From NCBI RefSeq assembly GCF_036365525.1, contig NW_027142279.1:496001-560000 (forward strand): a DNA stretch of 64,000 nucleotides, given 5' to 3'. Shown piece after piece: positions 48,591-60,882 of the stretch; the first letter of the stretch is position 1, and every line of letters starts with the position of its first letter. The notes under the pieces are model-generated. The model saw nothing but the letters and a program-made list of their open reading frames with translations. It was not told where the DNA came from and ran no database searches. Made by a program: the position numbers and the translations under genes. The stretch comes from Heterodontus francisci (Eukaryota).

Positions 48591-50265
48591 AGGGGGTGGT
48601 GAACCTGTGGAATTCTCTGCCGCAGAAGGCAGTGGAGGCCAAGTCATTAAAGATATTCAAGGAGGGAAGAGATATATTTCTTAGTGTCAAAGGGATCAAG
48701 GGCTATGGGGAGAAAGTAGGAACAGGGTACTGAATTAGCCCATTGGTCATGATCTTTATTGAATGGCAGAGCAGACCCGAGGGGCCGAATGGCCTGCTCC
48801 TGCTCCTATTTTCTATGTTTCTATGAGAAGGGCAGACTGAGAGAGGGAGAGATCGAGAGAGAAGGAGAAACGGAGAGAGAAGGAGAGATAGAGATGCAGA
48901 GAGGTGACCCTGAGATTCTCTCTCTCACACACACAAACATGTAGACACACACAGACACACACAGAGACTGACAGACACACACACACACACACACACACAA
49001 ATTTTACAATCCACACTGATGACAGTAACAATGGCCAACAGAACCTCTGTAACAATCCCCTGTGTCTGCCCAGTCCTGTGAGAGACACAGAGAGAGATAG
49101 GGAGTGACGGTAAGTGACAGTGGAAGAAGGAGGACAAAACAGCTTGTAGGAGAAACCTTACATTTATTTGTGTTCAACAGATTTTATTAAAAGTTGAAGG
49201 GACTGGACACTGAAAAAGGTTTCAGCACACAAAAAAACCCTGAGGGTCCCATTTGCACTTGTTCCATCCAGCCCTGTCTGTGAGGTTTGCTGATGTTTTG
49301 GGCAATGCTTCGTGAACTTAGAGAAAAAAGATGCACGATGCCCATTTTAATTCATTTTACTGTAGTTCTGAAGTTAGCTTTCTCTCTGTCTCCACATTCT
49401 TTCCCTGTGTCTCTATCTCCCGCCATGCTTTCTCTTCTCTGACTCTGTTTCACACTCGCCTTCTCCATTTAAAGCTTTAACAAATAAAAAAACATGCCAC
49501 ACACAGCAATGCGATTTGTCGTGATTTGAAATAGTGAGACGGAATCAGCAGCTTGTTCCCAGTTTCAGGAGGGATTCGCTCTTTCTGGGGACTGAAATCT
49601 GGCTATTATCACATTGCTGCTTGTGGGATCGTGCTGTGCATCTAGTGGCCTGCAGCATTTCTTCCATGACAACAGTTTCAAATTCAGCTTCCTGAGGGTC
49701 TGAGTGTGGATTTATCTGTGTTTTTAGAAGAATTTTACAATAATTGCAAGAGCTGAACGTGAAGCTGTATAAAGACTTGGCATTAGTTTAACGATGGAGT
49801 TTAGCATTTTCTGAGGACTGTGATGGGATATTTGGCTATGATCACATTGTGGGATCCTGCTGTGCATACATTCCCTGAATCAATTCCTGCATCCAACACT
49901 GAGGCAGAAACAGATGGAGAGAAAAAGAGAGAGAGTGAGAAACAGCTGGAGGTGGCAGGTTAAACAGAGAGAGAGAGAGAGACAGGCAGAGTGTGGGTGA
50001 GGGAGGGAAGGCAGAGAAAGATGGAGAAAGACAGAGAGAGGGCGAGAGAGAGAGAAATCCACACTCAAAAGCTTGGTACACTGAATATTGAAGTGTCAAC
50101 ATTGCTGGGATCTTGCTGTGCACTAAAAACAGATTATCTGCATATTTGCATTATCTGAAGGCCTGGAATTAAAGTCCTGAGCTTGAAGCCAGTACAATTC
50201 CGGAGTAATGATGGTGTTTTGGGCAGTGCCCTGAATTTGAGGGTGAAATGAAATTGTGGGATCTT

Positions 50266-52278
50266 GGTGAAATTGTGAGACTAGCTAAGAGGAAAAAGGA
50301 AGCACACATAAGGTCTAGGCGGCTGAAGAAAGCCGAAGCTTTGAAAGAATATCGGGATTGTAGGCGCAATCTGAAACGAGGAATTTAGAGGGCTGAAAGG
50401 GGTCATGAAATAGCTTTAGCAAACAGGGTTAAGGAAAATCCCAAAGCCTTTTATTCATATACAAGGAGCAAGAGGGTAACTAGAGAAAGGATTGGCCCAC
50501 TCAAGGACAAAGGAGGAAAGTTATGCTTGGACTCAGAGAAAATGGGTGAGATTCTAAACGAGTACTTTGCATTGGTATTCACCGAGGAGAGGGACATGAG
50601 GGATGTTGAGGTTAGGGACAAATGTTTGATTACTCTAGGTCAAGTCGGCATAAGGAGGTAGGAAGTGTTGGGTATTCTGAAAGGCATTAAGGTGGACAAG
50701 TCCCCAGGTCCGGATGGGATCTATCCCAGGTTACTGTGGGAAGCCAGAGAGGAAATAGTTGGGGCCTTAACAGATATCTTTGCAGCATCCTTAAACACGG
50801 GTGAGGTCCCGGAGGACTGGAGAATTGCTAATGTTGTCCCCTTGTTTAAGAAGGGTAGCAGGGATAATCCAGGTAATTATAGACCGGTGAGCCTGACGTC
50901 AGTGGTAGGGAAGCTGCTGGAGAAGATACTGAGGGATAGGATCTATTCCCATCTGGAAGAAAATGGGCTCATCAGTGATAGGCAACATGGTTCTGTGCAG
51001 GGAAGGTCATGTCTTACCAACTTAATAGAATTCTTTGAGGAAGTGGCAAAGTTGATTGATGAGGGAAGGGCTGTAGATGTCATATACATGGACTTCAGTA
51101 AGGCGTTTGATAAGGTTCCCCATGGTAGGCTGATGGAGAAAGTGAAGGCGCTTGGGGTCCAAGGTGTGCTAGCTAGATGGATAAAGAACTGGCTGGGCAA
51201 CAGGAGACAGAGAGTCGCAGTGGAAGGGAGTTTCTCAAAATGGAGACGTGTGACCAGTGGTGTTCCACAGGGATCCGTGCTGGGACCACTGTTGTTTGTG
51301 ATATACATAAATGATTTGGAGGAAAGTATAGGTGGTCTGATTAGCAAGTTTGCAGACGACACTAAGATTGGTGGAGTAGCAGATACTGAAGGGGACTGTC
51401 AGAGAATACAGCAGAATATAGATAGACTGGAGAGTTGGGCAGAGAAATGGCAGATGGAGTTCAATCAGGGCAAATGCGAGGTGATGCATTTTGGAAGATC
51501 CAATTCAAGAGTGAACTATACAGTAAATGGAAATGTCCTGGGGAAAATTGATGTCCAGAGAGATTTGGGTGTTCAGGTCCATTGTTCCCTGAAGGTGGCA
51601 ACGCAGGTCAATAGAGTGGTCAAGAAGGCATACGGCATGCTTTCCTTCATCGGACGGGGTATTGAGTACAAGAGTTGGCAGGTCATGTTACAGTTGTATG
51701 GGACTTTGGTTCGGCCACATTTGGAATACTGCGTGCAGTTCTGGTCGCCACATTACCAAAAGGATGTGGATGCTTTGGAGAGGGTGCAGAGGAGGTTCAC
51801 CAGGATGTTGCCTGGTATGGAGGGCGCTAGCTATGAAGAGAGGTTGAGTAGATTAGGATTATTTTCATTAGAAAGACGGAGGTTGAGGGGGGACCTGATT
51901 GAGGTGTACAAAATCATGAGAGGTATAGACAGAGTGGATAGCAAGAAGCTTTTTCCCAGAGTGGGGGATTCAATTACAAGGGGACATGAGTTCAAAGTGA
52001 AAGGGGAAAAGTTTAGGGGGGATATGCGTGGAAAGTTATTTACGCAGAGGGTGGTGGGTGCATGGAACGCATTACCAGTGGAGGTGGTAGACGCAGGCAC
52101 GATAGCGTCTTTTAAGATGTATCTAGACAGATACATGAATGGGCAGGAAGTAAAGAGATACAGACCCTTAGAAAATAGGCGACAGGTTTAGATAGAGGAT
52201 TTGTATCGGCGTAGGCTTGGAGGGCCGAAGGGCCTGTTCCTGTGCTGTAATTTTCTTTGTTCTTTGTTCTTTGTTCTT
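50266..52278 (+). mobile_element. 5'-truncated CR1 LINE, same subfamily as 32626-36495, with complete RT, 3' UTR and (TTTGTTC)n tail
   Basis: ORF 50665-52191 (508 aa) contains GVPQGSVLGP and FADD. The upstream part carries TAG stops. It is highly similar to 35584-36460. Confidence 0.93.
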
Positions 52279-52670
52279 GCTGTGACCAAATGGCATGCAG
52301 TGTTTCCAACATTGCAACAGTGACGACCACTTTAACAATCAATTCACTGAGTGTCAAATGTTCCCGATTCATTTCAGTTCATTTTACTGAAGTTCTGAGT
52401 TTCGATTTGTCTCTCTGTCTCACTCCAGCTTTCTTTCCCTCTGTCTCTCTAATTAAACCTTTAATAGTTAAAAACACACACAGCAGGGTGATTTGTTGTT
52501 GGTTTAAATGGTGAGACAGAAGTATTTCATAACTATTTTCAGTCAACACTACATATGAGATAGAGGGACAAAAACAGATATGGACAGAGAAAGAGAAGGA
52601 GAGACAGGGGACGAATGGGATAGGAACAGAGAGAGATACAGAGACAGTGGAGATAGAGATAATGAGACAG

Positions 52671-52702
<32 letters not shown>

Positions 52703-55569
52703 GTGGAGGTTGCTGTCACAATCCTTTTATCCTTTGGTTTATTAACTGTGATTTGTTTGTATTTGGGTGTTGCTGAGAGAGTGTCTGTGTAACCGAGGGA
52801 AATTCCTGGGCTCTTGCTGTGCTATTTTGTTTAACAATGCATTTTAATCAATTTTCTCTCTCTCCGTCTTGCCATAGGAATTTTCATTCTGAAAACTGCA
52901 TGGTGAAGATGAAAAGAGGGAAAGTTTGGGACGAGGAATCCTTGGACAGGAGCTTCCTCCTGAGGGGACGGACTGAGGCCTTGTCCACAGGCTGCACCCA
53001 AAGGGCCCACGTGAGTTGTGTCTGTTTATTAGGCCGTGGTTTAATTTCATGTCTGGGGTCCTGGGCTAACCAGTTCCTGTCGGATTGGGGCCCTGCTGTT
53101 TTAAATAGGTTGAAAGCCTGGGGTTAAAGGAGCAGCCTTGGTGCAAAACCTTGGTTGAAGTGGCACCATTGCTGGGATCTTGCTGTGCACAGCTTGCCGG
53201 CTGTTATCACACTGCTGCTTGTGGGATCTTGCTGTGTACCAATGGCCTGCAGCATTTCCAACATTGCAACAGTGACGAGCACTTTAAAAATTAATTCATT
53301 GAGTGTCAAATACTTCTGTGAATCAGCAATGAAATGGCTGAAATGTGAAGGTTTGGAAAGGCTTGTTCTCATTCCCGAATAATGCTGGTGTCTTAGGCTG
53401 TGGGCTGAATTTGACAGTGAAATGAATCACCTGGCAGAGTTTCAGGGATGGGAATGTGGATTTCTCTCTCTATCCTTCTATGGGAGAGAGGATGGGGGTC
53501 ACCAGTGTTTGTGTGTTTTTACAATGAGGCAGAAACAGATGTAGAGAGACACACAGAGAAATAGAGAGAGAGAGAGAGAGAGAGAGGGAGGGAGAGACAG
53601 CAGGAAATGACAGGGTAAACACATCCACACTTCCCAGTCTCTGGCTCTGTGTCGGGGATGTGTTAGTAAGATGGGGAGTCACTGGGAGATTGTTTTCTGT
53701 CAGTGAGTGAGAGAAAGAGCCCTGGGCTCTCGCTGTGTTTTATTTCTGTTCAAAAATGCTTTGCTTTATTTGAATCTAATTTATTTCTTATTCCCAAGGA
53801 GAATCTTTTCGGAAGCTGCAGCTGTGATGATGCAAAGGTAGAATCTTTAGGCCACGTGGAATTCTCAGACAAGAGCTTTAACCAGGGAGGGAAAATAATA
53901 ATAAATATATATTTGTCATTGTCAAGTTCATTTCTAAATACAAAAAAGAAGACTGTGTGTGATTTCGGGGCTGATAGAAAAACAAAGTGCTGGAAATGCT
54001 CAGTATTTCCAGCACGGTTTTTATTTCAAATTGCCAGCATCTGCAGTATTTTGATTTTGTGTTTTCGGGGGTCTGTGGCTTTTCTCCCAATAGGGAGGGG
54101 GCTGGAGGGCGCTCCCGAAGGGAATAGTTTGGGAAGCGCTGCTCCAGAACAGTCAATGTAATCCCGTAGATTTCCCTTTCTCCATCTCTTGCTGCAACAT
54201 GTTCCCTGCACCTTCCTCCTTGTTCCTAGTTCTTTTTCTTCACATCTTTAAATCTCTATCTCTATCTCTCAACATCCTTTCTTTCTCTGCCCCTCGCTAG
54301 AGTCTCACAGGTTTCCATTGTCACTCTCTTTCTGCGATTCTCTGCTTCTTTATCTGTCTCTCTCTCTCTTCTCCCACTCACTTCCAAATCCCTGAATCTT
54401 TCCATCTCTGCTCCTCCTTTCCTGCAAGATTATCTCTGCATTTCCCCCATCCCGGGACACCCCTCTCTTATCTGGAAACGCGTCTTACTTTGTATCTCTG
54501 CCCCTCCACTTCTTTCTGTCTCTGCATCTCTCTTTGTCTGCGATCTTTCTCAATATCTACATCTCTGTGTATGTCTCCATTTCTCTCTCTCTCTGCCCTT
54601 CTCGGTATTTCTGTCCCTCTGTTCTCAGTTTCTCTCACTGGTTTCGGACTCCAGCTCCATTTCCATTTATTTCTCTCTCTTTCTGTTCTGTCCTAATCCT
54701 GGGATCTGTTTTCTGTGTCACTCTCCCTCTGTCTGGGGGTGGATTTGAACTCGCTGCCTTGGTGTTGTACAGGGTGATTGTGAAGTGGGATCCTGCTTTC
54801 CATCTCTGCCCAGTTTTGCTCCCATTGATGTAAAAACAGGGGGGAGGAGCTGAACGGACAGCCGATTCACAACCACCCTCCTCCCCTCCATCCTGGTTTG
54901 CACCATTGGCACCAAGTCCGAGTCCAGCCCAGTGTTTCTTTGACTCTCTGTGTATCTGCTCCCTGACTGTCTCTGCCTGTCTCCTTGTGGCTCAATGGGG
55001 GAAGGGACAGATCAGCCATGATCTAACATGGGTGGGTCAGGCTCAAAAGGCTGAATGGCCTCCTCCCGTCCCTGTGCCAGTCAGTGTGTGAGTGTTTGTG
55101 TGTGTCTCCCTCTGTTTGATTCCCTGAAGCCGATGGGGAGAACAGGTGAAACACCTTTCTGCAGAGAGGGATGTGTCTGGAGCTGGGATCTTCCTGTGCA
55201 TTAAAGGCTCAGAATGCCAGTTAGCCTCTGAAGGTCCTTGCTCGATGCCCGGCCCAGTGTTTGGCCTGACATGAGTTAAAGGTGCCGGTGCTCTGGGAGC
55301 CTGTTGATGGAATTCCACTGGCTTATCCAGATCAGGAATTAAAGTGAACGAAGGGTTGTCGGGAGACGGAGCCAAACCGAGGTAAGTGATGGAGGTGGGA
55401 ATAACACGGGGGGGGGGGGGTGGAGGGGTGCGGGGAGGGGGCTGTTCACGGGGGAGATGATACAGTGTGGGATTAAATAAAGGGGTTGCTTTTACACGAC
55501 AGGGAGGGCATTCAGAAAGGGGAAGTGTTTACAGTGGAGGGTAGGGGGCAGAATTAGATTACGGTCAGT

Positions 55570-56260
55570 TAATGGGGGGTATTTGGATGGGAGTCTGCTC
55601 CTGGGGGTATTTAGATGGGGGTCTGTTCACAGAAGGGGGCAGTATTTAGATGGGGGTCTGTTGCGGACGGGTATAGAGATGGGAGTTTGTTCCCGGGAGG
55701 TATTTAGATGGGTGTTTGTTCCAGGGGCTATTCAGATGGGAAATTTTTCCCGGGGTGTATTCAGATAGGGGTTTGTTCCTGGTGGGGGTATTTAGATGGG
55801 AGTTTGTTCCTGGGGGGGTATTTAGATGGGGGTCTGGTCCTGAGGGGGGGTTTATTCATATGGAAGCAAGTTACTGGGGGGTATTTAGATGGGAGTATGT
55901 TCACGGGTGGGAGGTATTTAAATGGGAGCTTGTTCTCGGGGTGTATTTAGATGGGAGTCTGTTCCTGGGGGGTACTTAGATGGGAGTCTGTTCCCGGGGG
56001 GTATTTCGATGGGAGTCTGTCTGGGGGGGGGGGTGGTATTTTGATGGGGGTCTGTTCGCGGGGGGATATTTAGATGGGAGTCTGTCTGGGGGTATTTCGA
56101 TGGGTTGTCTTGTAACAGAGGGAAGGGGATAATTAGATGGGTTCTGTTGATAATGAGGGTATTAGATGGGGGTCAGTTAACAGGAGATATCAGATCGGGG
56201 TCTGCAGACGAGGATTATTTAGATTGGGGGGGGTCTGTGCAAGGGGGAGATGTTTTCTGG
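55570..56260 (+). repeat. G-rich minisatellite, ~30-34-bp unit (gggggtatttagatgggagtctgttcct)
   Basis: Roughly 20 degenerate tandem copies. Confidence 0.85.
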
Positions 56261-56354
56261 GGGGGGGAAGTATTGCAGGGAAAAAGATTTGCTTGGTGCA
56301 CAAAAATTGCAGGGGGTGGATAAATTGAGGGGTGGATAAATTGATGGGGTGGAT

Positions 56355-57770
56355 AGGGTCAGAAAAAGACAGAAAAAGTCAGAAAGAGAGAGAGAAATGA
56401 TAGAAAGAGAAATAGAGAAGACAGAAAGATACAAAGAAAGAGAGAGAAAAAGAAGGAGAGAAAAGATAGAAAGAGACAGAGAAAAGATAGAAGTAGACAA
56501 GAAAGAGAGAGACAAGGTGAGAGTAAAAGAAAGAGAGAAAAGATAGAAAGAGAAAGAGAGAAGATAGAAATAGAAAGAGAGAAGATAGAAAAGAAAGAAA
56601 GACACAGAAACAGAAAAGAGAGAGAAACTCAGAGAAATAGAGAAAAGACAGAGAGACAGAAATAGAGAAAAGACAGAAAAAGTCAGAAATAGAGAATTGA
56701 AGGAAAGTCAGAATAAGAAAAAGGACAGAAAGAGAGAGAAAAAGAGGAGGGGAAAAAGTGGAGGGAAAGAACAAAGACTCAAAGAAATTGCAGGCACCAA
56801 AGAGACAGACAGAAAGCCAATGAGAAAGACACAGAGAATCACAGAGAGATTGAAAGAGATGACAGAGAAAGCCATTGAGACAGAAAGACGCACAATCACT
56901 CAGAGAGAGAGAGAAACACAAAGTGAGGGAGAGAGAGAGAGATGGAGGAACACAGAGAGGGAGAAATACAGAGAGCAGAGATTGAGGAACAGAGAGAGAG
57001 AGAGTAACAGAGTCAGAAATACAAAGTGAGGGAGAGATTGAGAAATAGAGAGAATGAGAGAGAGATTTAGTGCGAGAGAGAGAGTGATTGAGTGCGAGAG
57101 AGAGAGAGACATTGAGTGCGAGAGAGAGAGAGGGAGAGATTGAGTGCGAGAGAGAGAGAGACTTCAGTGCGAGAGAGAGAGAGATTCCAGTGCGAGAGAG
57201 AGAGAGATTTCAGTGCGAGAGAGAGATTTCAGTGCGAGAGAGAGATTTCAGTGCGAGAGACAGAGATTTCAGTGTGAGAGAGAGAGATTTCAGTGAGAGA
57301 GAGAGAGATTTCAGTGAGAGAGAGAATTCAGTGAGAGACAGAATTCAGTGAGAGAGAGATTCAGTGAGATTCAGAGAGAGAGATTCAGTGAGAGAGATAT
57401 TGAGTGAGAGAGAGATTGAGTGAGAGAGAGATTGAGTGAGAGAGAGATTGAGAGAGCGAGAGATTGAGTGAGAGAGAGATTGAGTGAGAGAGAGATTGAG
57501 TGAGAGAGAGATTGAGTGAGAGAGAGATTCAGTGAGAGGGAGATTCAGTGAGAGAGAGATTCAGTGAGAGAGAGATTGAGTGACAGAGAGAATTCAGTGA
57601 GAGAGAGAATTCAGTGAGAGAGAGAAATCAGTGAGAGGGAGATTGACTGAGGGAGACTGAGTGAGAGAGAGAATTCAGTGAGAGGGAGATTCAGTGATAG
57701 GGAGATTCAGTGAGAGAGACTGAGTGAAAGAAACTGAGTCAGAAGGAGGGAGAAAGGGAGAGAGAGACAA
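56355..57770 (+). repeat. GA-rich low-complexity tract plus (gagagagattcagt)n array (~57060-57730)
   Basis: Direct inspection. Confidence 0.9.
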
Positions 57771-59766
57771 TAAAGATGTGATACACACCATCCCACACCG
57801 TCTGCGTTCCATCGTTGGACTCTAACACCATCTCTCCATCAACTCATCCATGGGGAAAAGATCCTGGAGAGGGGCATTGGGGTGGGATTTGGAGATAAGC
57901 GTCAGGACTGGGACAGAGAGAGCAGGGGAATCAGACTGGACATTCACACACACACATACACTGTAATCAGCTTGCAATTCACCTGGGCACAGAGACACAG
58001 AGACTGAAACACAGAAACTCACCTTCAGAAACCAGCCGCATGGAAAGAAAGAATGGAGGCTGATGTTGTCCTAATATATCCCAGAACCTGTCACTCAAAA
58101 CAGCCAGTCCACCCAAAATACAGCTTATCCAACCAGCTCTCAGCTTCCTCCATCTGGACACTCCCTCCCAGGTATGGGACAGTCCAAGGTGAGTTTCTGT
58201 GCAAACAGGGAATGGTAGAGAGAGGGATATTCCAGCCATATCCCAAATGGACCATTCCAGACAGAAACCTGTCTGTCTGTCTGTCTCTCTCTCCCTCCCC
58301 CAAAAACCTCATGAACAGAGCAGAAAAGCTGCTGTCATTTAAAACCTGGAGGGGCCGGTTTGGATAATGGCCATTTAACACTGATTGTATTAAATGTCTT
58401 TCACTATTCACCTCCAGTTAACAGAAAGTTCAGAAAATGACTCACTGCAGTTACCTTGAAATTGTGACAAAGTGTTATTGCTGGAGAGGCCGGTTTGACT
58501 GCAGTATAAACAGGCAGTTTTTATTCGGTTTTTCAATTTCACTGTATGACAAAGAGTGAAACTGGAGCCAGGTTAATGCGGCAGCCAAGAGAACTTTTAT
58601 AACCAGTGACATTTCACACAACAATTCGTACCCAAATTTACTGTTATATTTGTCAATGATTCTTTGTAGTTTATTTGCTGCTGCTGTATTTATGCATTAG
58701 CCTGTAATCAATCAAAAAAACCTCCTGAACATTCGCCAGTTTAATGTTACAAGGGTTTACAAAGCTGGGAAATGGACATTTAACACAAATTGTATTAAAG
58801 ATCTTCCACTTTTCACCTCCAGTTTATATAAAGTTCAGTGATAAAGACCTCCACATTCTGACAAAGAGTTTTTACTGCTGCAATAAAGTGTCACTTGTTT
58901 CCATTTGCTTCCTGACTGTTTCTTTCCTCTGTTCTCCTGGGGGATTCAGAGGGATTTTTGTTCATTGTTTGTCCACATTCCTCTGCAGCTGCTGTCCTGG
59001 AGAAATTAATTATATTGTATTCAAAATCTTTCCCTCAGTTTGGAGATATGAGGAGAGACTGTTTTCACTAGCAGAGGGGAGAAACAAATAGGCAGGGAGT
59101 TGCTCTGGTCTGGAATTCACTGTCTGACAGGTTTCTGAAAGCAGATTCAATATTAACTTTCAAAATACAATCGGATCAAAACTTCAATTTCTCTGAATTA
59201 TAGTAGAGAAGATACCAGCAGAGAGGAGTGAGAGCGAGACAGATATGCCATAACCATAGTGATGAAGAATTGAACACCACTTATATAGAGAGTTTTTATT
59301 TGAAAATGATTGAGTTTAATTTGATGCTGTTAATTTATTTATCCATTACCTTTAATCATTTAAAATAATTTTCCAAACAGTAACGAGTTTAATGTTACAA
59401 GTGTTTACATCGTAGTAAAATAGCCACTTTACACAAACTGTATTGAAATTATTTTATTGAGCATCTCAAGTTTACAGAAAGAAAATTCCGCAAACTTGTA
59501 AAAACTTTCAAACATTCAGCAACACAGAATCTCGATCAGCAACGGCTCAGCATCTCCATCTCCTGGTGCCCCTCTCTCACTGCAGTTACAGTCTCCCTCT
59601 CACCATCTCCATCTGCTGGTGTCCCTCTCTCACTGCAGTTGCTGCCCCCTCTCACCAACTCCATCTGCTGGTGTCCCTGCCTCACTGCAGTTACTGCCCC
59701 TCTCCCCACCTCACAATCACTGCCATTTGCAGCTTTGTCCACTGGCGGCGGTTGTTGACAAGGCAA

Positions 59767-59780
59767 CCACTAGGTGGCGC
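59767..59780 (+). promoter_or_regulatory. Consensus CTCF core motif
   Basis: CCACTAGGTGGCGC matches CCASYAGRKGGCRS fully. Confidence 0.65.
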
Positions 59781-59977
59781 TGTACTAGCACATGCGCAAA
59801 TGTACACTGTTCCAATTAAACGTCATGGTCTGCCACGTGCAGGCAGCTGCCAGGACTAAAGATGGCGCCGGTCAAATAATCACAAAGGTGGGTGGAGGGT
59901 GGGAGGTGGAGCTGGGGGTCTGGGGGGGGAGGGGGGAATGGGATTTAGTTACAGTGTTTGAAACCCTTCAGCTCTTT

Positions 59978-60882
59978 CTATGATTTCACTAATTTAACAA
60001 TGAGATTGAGAGGGTATTTCACCCCCTTCTTCAGCTCCTGTCTGAATTTAGTCTGGGTCACAATGTAAATACATGTGTTGGTGCAGGAACTGAGAATCTG
60101 CAGCATCTTTGATGTTTGTTCTGTGATAAAGAGAGGGTCAGTGAGGGAGGAATAATATAGAATATCTGCAATTCGACAATAAATGATAAACACAACACGG
60201 GTCACCCATAACAGGATAAAACTGCCGGATATACTGAAGAGTAAAATAACTGATTTCCTGCGATTCTCCATCTCTGCGTCCTTGTGATTCTCTGCATTGC
60301 TGTGGCGCCGGAATCCCCTGCGGACTTTACTGGAGAATAAAATCCGTCTGACAGTCAGAACATTGAGCAGCAACATCAGAAAGACCGGGACACAAGGGGT
60401 TAAAATGTAATTAAACAATTCAAATGCCCCCCATATGGGGGAAGTAAAGAAACTCAGTTTATAAACACAACCCATGGGAACATTATTAATAATGTAATAT
60501 TGTTCCTGTGTAAAGTACCAGGGGAGAGACTCTAAACAGCCCAGCACACTCACTGTTCCAACAACCACAGCCGCCGTTTTCTCGCTGCAATATTTTGTTT
60601 TCAGCTTCTCACAACAAATGGCCACAAATCGATCAAAGGTGAAAGTGACTGTGAGCCAGACAGAAACAACTGTGGATGCAGAAATCAAAACGGCAAGGAG
60701 AGAACAGACAGGAGTAATGTTCAGGAATGAATATGGAAAATAAATTGATCCAATCCATCTCAATATGGGATTAGTGATAACGACCAGGAGATCAGACACT
60801 GCCATTCCCACCAGGTAGACAGTGATACATTTGGAGAGACCGCACTTTCCTCGGGACAGGATCACAATCGCCACCAAGTTAA
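59978..60882 (-). CDS. Main coding exon of a class A GPCR of the GPR139/GPR142-like family (first exon not identified)
   Basis: Hydrophobic TM segments with YLVGMAVSDLL (TM2), FTFDRFVAIC (TM3) and SSCTNTCIY..FRQEL (TM7/H8). Polypyrimidine acceptor ctctcttccag at 60883-60893. The N-terminal 35 aa of the ORF track are probably intronic. Confidence 0.85.

Noticed and set aside
38792-48699. Long ORFs (up to 598 aa) rich in S/L/P or R/E/G
   Set aside because: Artefacts of the GA/CT satellite, which lacks stop codons; no domain structure.
55128-55387. Possible exon with acceptor-like tract and GTAAGT donor
   Set aside because: All three frames contain stops; no recognisable protein.
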